Positions 37,590 to 49,500 of a stretch of 64,000 nt of DNA are shown piece after piece; position 1 is the first letter of the stretch; every line of letters begins with the position of its first letter. A program made the position numbers and the translations under genes. Source of the DNA: Octopus sinensis (taxonomy: Eukaryota); contig NC_042999.1 in assembly GCF_006345805.1 (NCBI RefSeq), forward strand, positions 135,160,001 to 135,224,000, read 5' to 3'. The notes beneath the pieces were generated by a model, which had not been told where the DNA came from, searched no databases, and was given only the letters and a program-made list of their open reading frames with translations.

Positions 37590-40500
37590 CATCATCATCA
37601 TCATCATCATCATTTAACGTCCGCTTTCCATGCTAGCATGGGTTGGACGGTTCAACTGGGGTCTGGGGAGCCCGAAAGCTGCACCAGTCCAGTCAGATCT
37701 GGCAGTGTTTCTACAGCTGGATGCCCTTCCTAACGCCAACCACTCCGAGAGTGTAGTGGGTGATTTTATGTGCCACCGACACAGGTGCCAGACGAGGCTG
37801 ACAAACGGCCACGCTCGGATGGTGTTTTTATGTGCCACCGACACAGGTGCCAGACGAGGCTGGCAGACGGCCACGCTCGGATGGTGTTTTTATGTGCCAC
37901 CGACACAGGTGCCAGACGAGGCTGGCAGACGGCCACGCTCGGATGGTGTTTTTTATGTGCCACCGACACAGGTGCCAGACGAGGCTGGCAGACGGCCACG
38001 CTCGGATGGTGTTTTTATGTGCCACCGACACAGGTGCCAGATGAGGCTGGCAAACGGCCACGATCGGATGGTGCTTGTTACGTGCCCACAGCACGGAGGC
38101 CAGTCGATGCGGTACTGGCTACGGCCACGTTCGGATGGTTTTCTTATGTGCCACGTGCCACCGGCACTGGTACCACAAAGATACAAATTCCATTGATGTT
38201 CATCTATTTTGATTTGTTTTGATTTGATTTGATTTTCACTTGCCTCAACAGGTCTTCACAAGTGTCACAAGAAGGAAGGTATGCACAGGTGGACTGACTA
38301 CGTCCCAGGTAGGGGCCATGGGTTATGGCCTGACTAGTCTTGCCGGTCTTCGGATGGTGTTTTTATGTGCCACCGACACAGGTGCTAGATGAGGCTGGCG
38401 AACGGCCACGATCGGATGGTGTTTGTCATGTGCCCACCGCACTGACTACGGCACTGATGGATTTCTTGTGTGCCACAGGCACTGGTACCACAAGATACAA
38501 ATTCCATTGATGTTCATCTATTTTGTCTATTTTGATTTGATTTGATTTGATTTTCACTTGCCTCAACCGGTCTTCACAAGTGTCACAAGAAGGAAGGAAG
38601 GTATGCACAGGTGGACTGACTAGTCTTGCCGGTCTTCGGAAGGTGTTTTTATGTGCCACCGACACAGGTGCCAGATGAGGCTGGCGAACGGCCATGATCG
38701 GATGGTGTTTGTTACGTGCCCACAGCACGGAGGCCGGTCGATGCGGAACTGGCTACGGCCACGTTCGGATGGTTCTCATGTGTGCCACCGGCACTGGTAC
38801 CACAAAGTGTGTGCCACCGGCACTGGTACCACAAAGATACAGATTCCATTGATGTTCATCTATTTTGATTTGTTTTGATTTGATTTTATATATATATATA
38901 TTGTCAATAACAATAAGGGTAAAATTAATTAATTAATTAGTAATTAATAATTTTACATGTGTGTATAGGTGTGTATGTGTGTATTTCTCAAATTGCTGAA
39001 CCAAGTCATGAAAGTTACAGAAAGAGTTATAGCCCAATTAATTAGAAAGAATTATTGTAGATGAGATGCAGTTTGATTTTGTGCTAAGTAAAAGTATTAC
39101 TCATACTCCCTTTCTAGTAAGACAACTCCAGGAGAAATATTTAACTAATTGCAAGCCATTGAAGTTGGCATTCAGCAAACTGGAGAAAGCCTTGTTCTTT
39201 TATGTAGTGGTCTCTGAGGAAGCTAGAGATAGTCAAATGGCTTGTGAGAACTATGCAGGCCATGTACAGGGACACTGCCTGTAAGGTGTGTGTTAGCAAT
39301 GAGTACAGTAACAAATTTAGTCTACAAGGTAAGAGTACACCAGGCGTGGTTCACAGGGAGGACCAGAGGTACTATTTAGCATAATTCCCTCTTACAAGCA
39401 TTTGGAACAATGACTTGCACTAAAGGACTCCTTGGGACAATGAGATAATGTTAAATCAAACAGTATGTTAAGGTAGCATGACTGGTCCATTTGTTTCAGT
39501 TCTGGAGTAACCTCTCTTCTTAGTGCTGAAATTTAAAGAGAATCTGAATGCTAATATATTCATCATCATCATCACTTAGCATCTCTTCTTTCCATATTGG
39601 TCCAGGCTGAATGGTTTGACATGAACAGATTAGCTAGAGGGCTGCACCAAGTTCTAATGTCTGCTTTGAAATAGTTTCTACAGCTGGATTCCCTTCCCAA
39701 TGCCAACCACTTCACAGAGTACTGGGTGCTTTTTGCATAGCACCAGCAAGAACTGGTGAGGTCATCAAGTACTTGCAAGCCATGACCCCCTTATCTGAGT
39801 GAGGTATAAGAATGTAAGATTGAAGGATAGGAGCAGATGTCTTACTGAAGTGGTAAGTACATAGTTTTTGCCCACCTGAAAAGAGAGAGACAGAGAGAGA
39901 GAGAGATGTGAGGTCAAGGTAAATATGAAAGACAGAATAGGATAGAGGAACAGTAAGGAGGATGTGTTGGTATATGTGCTAGAGCATATTATTATGACAA
40001 AAACTAACATCCCAATGTAGTGTTTAAAGACACCAATTGTATTTCATCTCTTCCTTCACATCATACAGCTAAACCTATTGACCTGTTGGCAAAATACATC
40101 AGCGCAGAAGATGATGATCTTGCTATTGAGATGCACGAACCTTACACATATCTCTATGTAAGTACAAAATATTCGATTTATTTTTTTTTAAACCCAATTA
40201 TACCTAAATTATCAACAGACAGGAAAGAAATTGTTAGCAAAACTAAGAGTTTTTAAGTGAAAAAAGTTACATTAGTCAGTTATTATAATTGCATGCATGC
40301 AATAATGTTGTTTAAACTTCAAAAATATTTAGAGTTCATCCAATTTTCCAATTTTTTTTTTCCTAACCTGAAATTTTAAGTATCAAGAATTATTAATAAT
40401 AGGTGTTATTTGGTTAATTGATTATATTGAAATTCTTTCAAACTGTTCATGGTGCTTTTTATGTGCCACCTGCACAGGAGCCAGTCTAGCGGCACTGGCA

Positions 40501-43500
40501 ATGACCTTGCTCGAATGTTTTTACACGAGGCGATGCTGGTAACAATCACGCTCGAATGGTGCTTTTTATGTGCCACCGACACGGAAGCCAGTTAGCTGCT
40601 CTGGCAACGATCATGCTCGGATGGTGCTCTTAGCACTCCACTAGCACGGATGCCAGTCATTGAATTTGATTTCGATTTCAATTGCCTCAACAGGTCTTCG
40701 CAAGCAGAGTTTAGTGTCCAATGAAGGAAAGGTACGCATAAGTGGGCTGGTTACACCCTTGGCATAGGCCACGAGGTTATGGTCTCACTTGGCTTGCCGG
40801 GTCTTCTCAAGCACAGCATATTTCCAAAGGTTTTGATATTTGTTCCAACTGTCTGTGTTCTGAGTTGAAATCCTACTGAGGTCAACTTTACCTTTCATCC
40901 TTTCAAGGTTGATAAAAAGTATCAACTTAGACCAGTGAATTAGAGGAACAGACAAAATGGCTCTTAGTATCTGTTCTGATGCTTTGTGTTCTAACAGTAA
41001 TACCTGCAGTGACACTGGTACCAAGCTGTATCAAATATCAGACTAAGTTGGCAACCTTTCCCTTGGCTAAACACTGGTATTATAGAAAAGGGAGACTTGT
41101 GGGTATAGGAGACTGCAAGTCTTCTTCAAAAAATCTTGTCCCGGAATGTTTAGGATGTCTTATTATGTCATTTTCCTTTGACTAAATAGTCATCTCCCAG
41201 CAATACCTTGATATGTTGAAGAAGTTTCGGGCAAAGGTCAAGTGGCTTCATCTTGAACAAGAACTGAACTATTCTTTATGCAGTATGGTGTACTGCCACA
41301 GTGGGTAGTCACAGTGCATAATTGATTGAATGAAAAGTATCCAGAAAGATGGATGGGTGGTTGTGGATCTGCAACTTGATCCTCAGACTTTTTACCATGT
41401 GATCTCTTTCTATGAGGATTCATCAAATCAAAGGTATACTGCAGTCACCCTAAGGACATGCTTGAATTATTGCGAAAATGTGTTATGGCTGCCTTTATTG
41501 AGATGCATTGGAACATTATGCTTGAATATCAAAAAGTAGAAGTTACAGAATTTGGAGTTGCCCACATCGAAGTTCACATCTACAATTTAATTCAAGATAG
41601 TTGAAATGTTTTGTCAATGACTTGCATTGTACATTTTTAAACATAATGTGTCACATTGAATATTAAGATATGATTTATTTATATCAGATGTGTGTGTGTG
41701 AGAGAGAGAGAGAGCGAGTTTCTGCACTGTTTCTCTCTCCTGCGTTCCACTCATGTTCAGTCAACTCAAGGCTGTGGTAGAAAACACTAAGGTGCCACAT
41801 GGTAGGATTGAACCTGGAAACACTTGAGAAGCAAAGCAAAACCTCTTAACTACTTTGTCATACCTGCACACATATATGGAATAATTAAAGCAATTCTGTT
41901 TAATATTCTTCTGTTTCAGGGTCTTACAGTACCAGACCTGGAAGACTTACTTGAAGACATTAAAGTGTATCTACAACTGGAACAAGGTAAAAATGCAGAT
42001 TACTGGCGGGACATTATCACAGTTACAGAGGATGAGGTGAATAAACTGAAAAAGTTAGATCCTCTTAGTCGAGGTGAGACATGTGCTGTTTTGACTTTTC
42101 ACATTCAAATTGGTTTAATCTAGCTATAATTATGATATTCTTGGTTTTGTCAACATGTTTGCTTTAATAATAATATAACCCCACCAAATTACACAAATAG
42201 TTGAAGTTTCCTGTGGTTGTTTATATCATTGTATATATATATTTCTTTACCGCCCACAAAGGGCTAAACATAGAGGGGACAAACAAGGACAGACAAAGGG
42301 ATTAAGTCGATTACATCGACCCCAGTGCGTAACTGGTACTTTATTCCGAAAGGATGAAAGGCAAAGTTGACCTCGGCGGAATTTGAACTCAGAACGTAAC
42401 TGCGGATGAAATACGGCTACGCATTTCGGCCATATATACATCAACATATCTAACAGCATCAGTATTATAATGACTAAAGTGTTATACTTTAATCAAGATA
42501 CACTACTCTATAAATAAATTCACATATCAAACATTATTGGTATTATAAGTAAATTGTTAAACCTTAGACAAGACACCACTGTGAGAGAATACATTGACAT
42601 ATTTAATACTGCTAGTAATCATCATCATCATCATTTTCAAGTCTGCTTTTTCTATGCTGGCATGGGTTGGATGAGTCAGTTCAACACATGTCATAGTACA
42701 TTGTCATCTCTTTTGTGAGGTTCAGCAACACAAGATGGTCCCTCACCACTTGTGCTCACATCTTTTATAATTTTTATCTTCTGCAAATTCCTTCTGCTTG
42801 CATCACTAGGTACATAATTACCCAGCTGTCATTTTTCATATCCATCATGTTTCTTTTTTAATGAAGTTTCTCACTTGCATACTACAGCGAATACATCTAG
42901 CGTGTAGTTTTTCTCTCAGCGTATTTGTGCTGTATTGTTCATGCATGCTGACATTACTCATTCTGTGAAACATTCTAACCTCATTTCATTTTAGCTTTTG
43001 CATATCCTCCACAATCATTGCCAATGTCTCACAGGCATGCAATATTACACTTTGTATACAAACATCATGCAACCATCCCATCCCTCATAAAGAGAAACTC
43101 TCTGTTACCAATAGAGATAACAACCTCTCCATATACCCTTTTTCCTTTCTCTGGCTACTGTACTTTAACACTATTCACCTCCACTGCTGATTTGGTTACC
43201 TAGGTTACCAAAGATATCAATTATTTCTCACATATCTTCTGGGCAATTGAGAAAGTTCATTCTTGGGTGCTTTTATTTACTAGCTGTTCCTGTGTATCCA
43301 TCACATATGAAATCCTTCTTGTCTGTCAACCTAACTGAGATCCAACTGCTTCTTTTGTGTACCAATTGTTTGCAGTAGGTACAAAGTGTAGAGTTTTCTT
43401 TCTACATACTGAACATGGTCAATTCCTTGGTGGTGTGATATTCTGCTTTCTTCACTGCTCACAAAAATTTTCACCTTTCCCAGTTCAGTTTTAGGCCTTG

Positions 43501-46500
43501 GTTCTAAGTCCTGCTTCCACATTAGGAACTTAAACCTTTAATTCTTCAACTGATTCATGAAGACCTGAGTATTAAGACTCAAAAAAATCACTTATTGACA
43601 CAACTTAGCCTTTCCAAGATTCACTTGCTTATACACTACATAAACTTACCAACACCCTGCAATCATTAAAAAAAATACTCATCTATTACACATTTATCCT
43701 ATCATTTCTCTCAGTTGCATCCTTCTGGAATTCTCACCCATCCTATACTCAAGAAGGCCTATCCTCCATAGCAGAAGTGTTAAGGTCACTCCTCCTGGTG
43801 AAGAAGATTGGCCTGCAAAAGTCGTGTGCTGGTGTCACATAAAGAGCACTCATGCTGGTGCCAAATGAAAAGAGCTCCATGTGGTGCCACATTAAAAGCA
43901 CCCAGCACACACTGTAAAGTGGTTGGCATTAGGAAGGGCATCCAGCCATTGAAACCAAGTTAAATCCGATTATAACCTAGTACAGCTCTCCAGTTTTCCT
44001 GCTCTGCTCAAACCATCCAACTCATGCTAGCACAGAAAATTTACATTTAAGGATAATGCTGATGACACTGACCTGTAAAAGTTCAAACTAAACAACAATC
44101 ACATCTGTCTCACAAGTGGTGATCTATACAGATCATAGACACTCCTTCTCTTTAGGCATGCTGAGTCTGATGAATAAACACATTGGGAGAAGATAGCCAT
44201 TCCTGCATCATTACATTCTGTGGCTAATAGCCTCTCTACTTCATTACCTATTTCATTTGTACTATCAATTCACTGTTATTATCACTACTATCAGCATCAC
44301 TCCCCTTTACCACTAAATATACCACCACACGACTACATTACCACCTTCAACACCATTTCATTATTATTATGCTGTCATTAATCATCATCATATTACTACT
44401 TCATTGTTATCATTGCAACACCACCAGGTTGCAATGACATAACTACCATCCCTACATTAATAGATTTATCTTCCTAATATATATAGATTATAGGGTTAGT
44501 AGCAATGTAGTAATGTAAACCATCTCTCCCTAATTACAGATTATGCTGGCGACCGCAGAGAAGGAATTAACCACTCAGTCAGCAGTGAAGTGTCCACTAT
44601 ATTTAAAGGGAAAACTACAAATCAGTTGTTACTCCTACAGGAACAGATGAAGAAGAAGTTGCAAGGAGGAGAAGGCATTGATATCGGTAAATTTAACCAG
44701 GCTTTAGTGTTATTGCAACTGTGACTGTCCTTTCTCTATCCTGTTGCTATTACTTGGGCTGCCACTGTCTAGTTGATAGCATGAAAAGGATGTTTTGATC
44801 CTGTTGCTACCATTATTGTCACTTCTCTTGTCCTGTTATCCTCTACTATCATTCTCTTTCCTGTTGCTATCATTACTGGGGATGCCTCTCTCATTTTGCA
44901 TCTCTATAGCTTCTCTATTGTTGTTATTTCCACTGAATCAACTTTTGATCCAGTAGAGATAACAACACTACTAAGGGAGTATCTGTCTTGTCACAAACGC
45001 TGCTGACACAGTCTCATCTCCACAAAGCTAACTCCACAAAGCTGCTATTGTCCTCTATTTTTCTATGCTTGACATCCAGTATTCTGCCACTATCTTTACT
45101 TGACTGGCTGAATATTGTGACAGTCCATACTTAACTAACTGCATCTTGTTGCTAACTGTGCATGAGGGTGTCATCTACTAAGTTGCTAAAAGATTGTAAA
45201 CATTCGATCTGTTTCTATTGGTGAATAATAATATTTATTGTGTTGATACAAAAATGTTACTGTTTTGAACTGAAGTAGCACCATACTGTGTTGTGAACAG
45301 TTGTTTTGTTTACCTGGTGGTCATAGCTCTTGTGCTACAATGCTATCATTACTGTTGATGTGTTGTGCTTTCAACTAAAAGTTGTATAATCTCCTACTCA
45401 TTTATTGAATGGCAGGTGCCTTTGTTGCTGTTTTTTTTTTTATTGTTTAACCCTTTAGCATTCAAACCGGCCATATCTGGCCAAAATATTTAACCTGTTT
45501 TATATTGAAGCTAACCAGATCTCGCCTCTCACCTCAGCCCTACCATGTCATTCTAAAACTAAAAAATCACATCACTGAAATCTCTAAACTACAAGATAAT
45601 GCATGATTAATTCAAACCATTTTAAATAAACAAACATCACATTTGATAGAATAATCTGAACACTAAAGGGTTAAGTAATGCAATATATTTTATCGTCATT
45701 CTTCATCTGTCTCATGGAAATAGGTTACACCAGGTTTTCTTGGAATGTTACCAATGAGGATTGACTGGCATTCTATCTGTAATGGTGATATTTTAACTTC
45801 ATTACACCAGATAGCTAAACACTGCCTCCATAATAGCCTTTTGAGAGACTTTTTAGCAGTCATTGGCAGTAAAGTAGGAAAGAACAATGATCTAATTTGC
45901 AACTAATGTGAGATTTGAAATTTTACATTAGTAGCTTAAATCTTCTTAATCTGCTATACACTAGCGAGGAAAAGATGGGCAGTGCTTAGGGTCTTTTTGG
46001 CCCTCCATGCTTAGTGGGATTGGTGCATTTGATGTTTAGCCTGAACATCTACAGGCAGGGCCATCACCTGACTTTTAGAGGCCCCTGCAACATTTTATTT
46101 TGAGGCCTCATCTCTTCAATCAAAGTTCATAACCTACACACCTTTTATTCATAGCTATATTTTACTTTATTCTATCTGAAGTTCAATATTTTACGTTATC
46201 CTAAAGAACATCTTTAAAAGTACAAGTTAAATTTACTTAGGGCTGGAACTATCATATTATTTCATGCTTAGGAAGGCCAACATTTAATAGGGTTGAATAT
46301 TTATTCAATGGACTCACAAATATCAGAAGACCAGCATTTCAAAATAACGACTGTATGCGAAGGAATTAAGGCAAATTTATAGTTCCACACCCAGCTCAAT
46401 TTCAGTAGTAAATAATTTTTTCCTGCGTTTTTTTGTTTTTTTTTTGTGCAGTCATCTTAGTTGACCTTGTAGGCTGTCAGAAATGCATTTTTCCCATGGA

Positions 46501-49500
46501 AAATGGAGTGGGTGGGAGCGGGGCAGACCCTCAGAAATCCCCCTTTCTGACCCCATCTCCAGCGTTTTTTTGTTGGAATTGTCTTAATTGACCTTATAAT
46601 GTGTGGGAAATGCATTTTTTCCCATGTAAAATCAAGTGGCTGGGGCAGAACCTTGGAAATTCTCCTTTCTGGCCTCTATTTCACTTGGGAAAAATTTTTT
46701 TCAGCGTTTTTTTTTTATTATCATCTTAGTCAACTTCTTTATATACTGCAAATGCATATTTTCTGTGGAAACGGGGGATGGGGTGGGGTGCACCCTCGGA
46801 AATCCTTCAGCCCTGATTTCACTGGAAATTTTTTTTCAACTTTTTTTTTTTGCTATCATCTTAGTTGAGCTCCTAATATACTGCAAATGTATTTTTTACG
46901 TTATCAGGTCTAGTTTTCATGTCTAGTTATCATGTCTAGTTTTCAAAAATATATAATTTGAAATAGACTTGATAACAGGAGTGGCTGTGTGGTAAGTAGG
47001 TTGCTTACCTACCTCAGGGTTTCCAGGTTCAGTCCCACTGCATGGCACCTTGGGCAAGTATCTTCTACCAAAGCCTTGTGAGTGGCTTGAAATTATCACT
47101 TAACTTCTTAACCAAAGTAAATAGATGTCTCATATATGTACTTTGATCTTAACATGGGGCCCCTCAACTGTGGAGGCCCCCCTGTGATTGCAGGGGTTGC
47201 AGGAGCTTAGCGATGGCCCTGTCTACAGGAAAAATATAAATGGGAAAAGAAACAAGGTCCGAATACTACAATATAGTAAACTTTGCTAATGACACCAAAG
47301 GATCAGTGGTTCTAGATTCAATACCACTGTATGATACCTTGAACAAGGGTCTTCTACCATAACCTAAGATTGACCTGATCCTTGTGAGTGAAATTGGCTA
47401 GTTAGAAACTGTGTAGAAGCCTGTGTGTAAAGAGAAAAGTTTGGTTGTCTTATTGCACTACATAGTGTAACACAAGCACCTGATCCTTGAATGCCTTCAG
47501 TATAATTCACTCAATTCAAGCTTTCAAACCAGAACCCTTTAACTGCTGTATCTCATAGACTTAATTTGTTGCTTGGTTTAATACTACCATCTGGCCCTGG
47601 GTGTCGTTAGAGGAGTGCATTCTGTTGCTAGCATTTGAGATGGGTTTCCTGTCTGATACTATGTCCCTTTCTCTGACCAGACTTAGAGGCATTATATAAG
47701 GTTATGGGTGCAGCCCTTATTCATTTGACTAATATTTTACCATAAAAATGAATAAAAGAATGAAAAGAAAAGAAAACACTGATGGCATGACTACAACTAC
47801 CATCTTTACTACTGCTACAGTTATTTCTCCTTTGTATATAAGGTAGTCCCAGGGGAAGTGTGGGGTGGGCCGTACCCATGACCTTTTACATTGGTGAGAT
47901 TGATGAAATTGGTGCATATTCTGAACATTTGTTGGTGAGGGTCTTTAGGAATAAAATATCATGTAGTGGTAGGGTGGGATTTGATTTGAAAGCTTGTATT
48001 GAGTGACCTTTGTTAAAAGCACTCTAGGGTCAAGTGCTTATGTGTTAAATCAAACACAGTCCCACCCCTCCCTACACATGTTTCTAATAAAGAAGAAAAT
48101 CATACCTTTGGGAACCATAGTCTTGGGCAAACCGCAGCCAATAGAACTTTCTGCATGGCATGCCTAATGAAAAATTACCTTCAGTGCTTTTAGTAGTGTG
48201 GCCCACTTGATGATTAGCCACGTCTCATGCAGCCTGCTTCTTGTAAAAGGTTGCTCATATTTGGCTTATATTATGTGCAAGCACTAAGTGGATGCCCAAC
48301 AAGAAAGTGAAAATGAATGGAGACTCATGCATGCCAGAACAAGGCTGGAGTTAGTAGAATGAGTTGTTGATGAGTGAAGATGCGGCAGCAGGTGGCTCAT
48401 CATCACACGAAAAGGATTAGTTTAAATAAGGATTACAAATTTTTCCTTATCTTAAAGTTTTTAGGCATCCTGAATCCATTCATTCAAGGATAAGCTGATG
48501 TAAAATATGTCATCAGGTAAGAATAACTATTAAATACATAATTTGTATTTGTATTAAGTTCTATTTTCTGTTATGCTACAGGCTACTGGGAGTCATTGAT
48601 GTCACAGCTGAATGCACACATTGCAAGGACAAGGCTCAGAGAAAGACATCAAGATGTCCTCCGCCAGAAATTATTCAAATTGAAACAAGAGGTAATTTTT
48701 GTTGTCATCATCATTGTCATCATCAGCAACAGCATAGTACTCATCAAAAATTATAGGATTTTATTAAGTATAGAATAGATTATGCAAACACAAATTTGAG
48801 AGAAACTTTATAGATAGCAATAAAGTGTTCCTCATTACACCATTTTGAATGTGGAAATGTTTTCTTATTGTATTTTATGCTATTATCTGTCACTAAACAT
48901 TCTCAATCTCTCTCTCACTCTTTCTTCTTTTCTGTATCCTCCTCACTATTCACACATCCAAAGCAGTACAGTTACCATTCAACACAGTAGATCTATTTTC
49001 AAAAGTGGTTATCTAACATGGTGCTTAACCTACAACAAAGAATGTTCTATTGTAGAAGTTTTCCTATTGTAAAGGCTTTTGTAGAAGCTGTATTACAGTG
49101 AAAGCTATCCTATTGAAAAAAAGGATTTACTTCAATTTCTTCCAATTTCATGATAGTTCTCATTATTTCCCATTGTATGCTACTTTATATATCTGGTACC
49201 TTTTTGCTATCTATTGCTACACATTATCATATATTTATTGTTAATTCACCCTTGTTGTATATCTAAAATACATTTGTTGCTATCCTTCATCTATGAAGGC
49301 TTAGCTTTCTCAAGGTATATCTACCACTTTCATTTGTTTCTTAGTACTATTTCACCCAACTCCTAAACTGACACTATGTTCTTCATATGGTCAAGAATGT
49401 GCTACCATTTCAGTAAGATAAGATGTGCCAAGGCAAAAAGGAAAAACAATTCGAAACAGACCACCCAAGTTACAAATCAGAAGGCAAGATCAAAGAAAAC

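Noticed and set aside
37759-38190. CRISPR-like array (conserved word GGTGCTTTTTATGTGCCACC with variable intervals)
   Set aside because: Intervals are homologous to each other rather than unique spacers; no cas genes; eukaryotic intron; contiguous with an RTE ORF elsewhere.
47900-48480. Possible box C/D snoRNA (TGATGA words) or hidden exon in intron 11
   Set aside because: No properly spaced D box with terminal stem and no recognisable guide; no convincing ORF.
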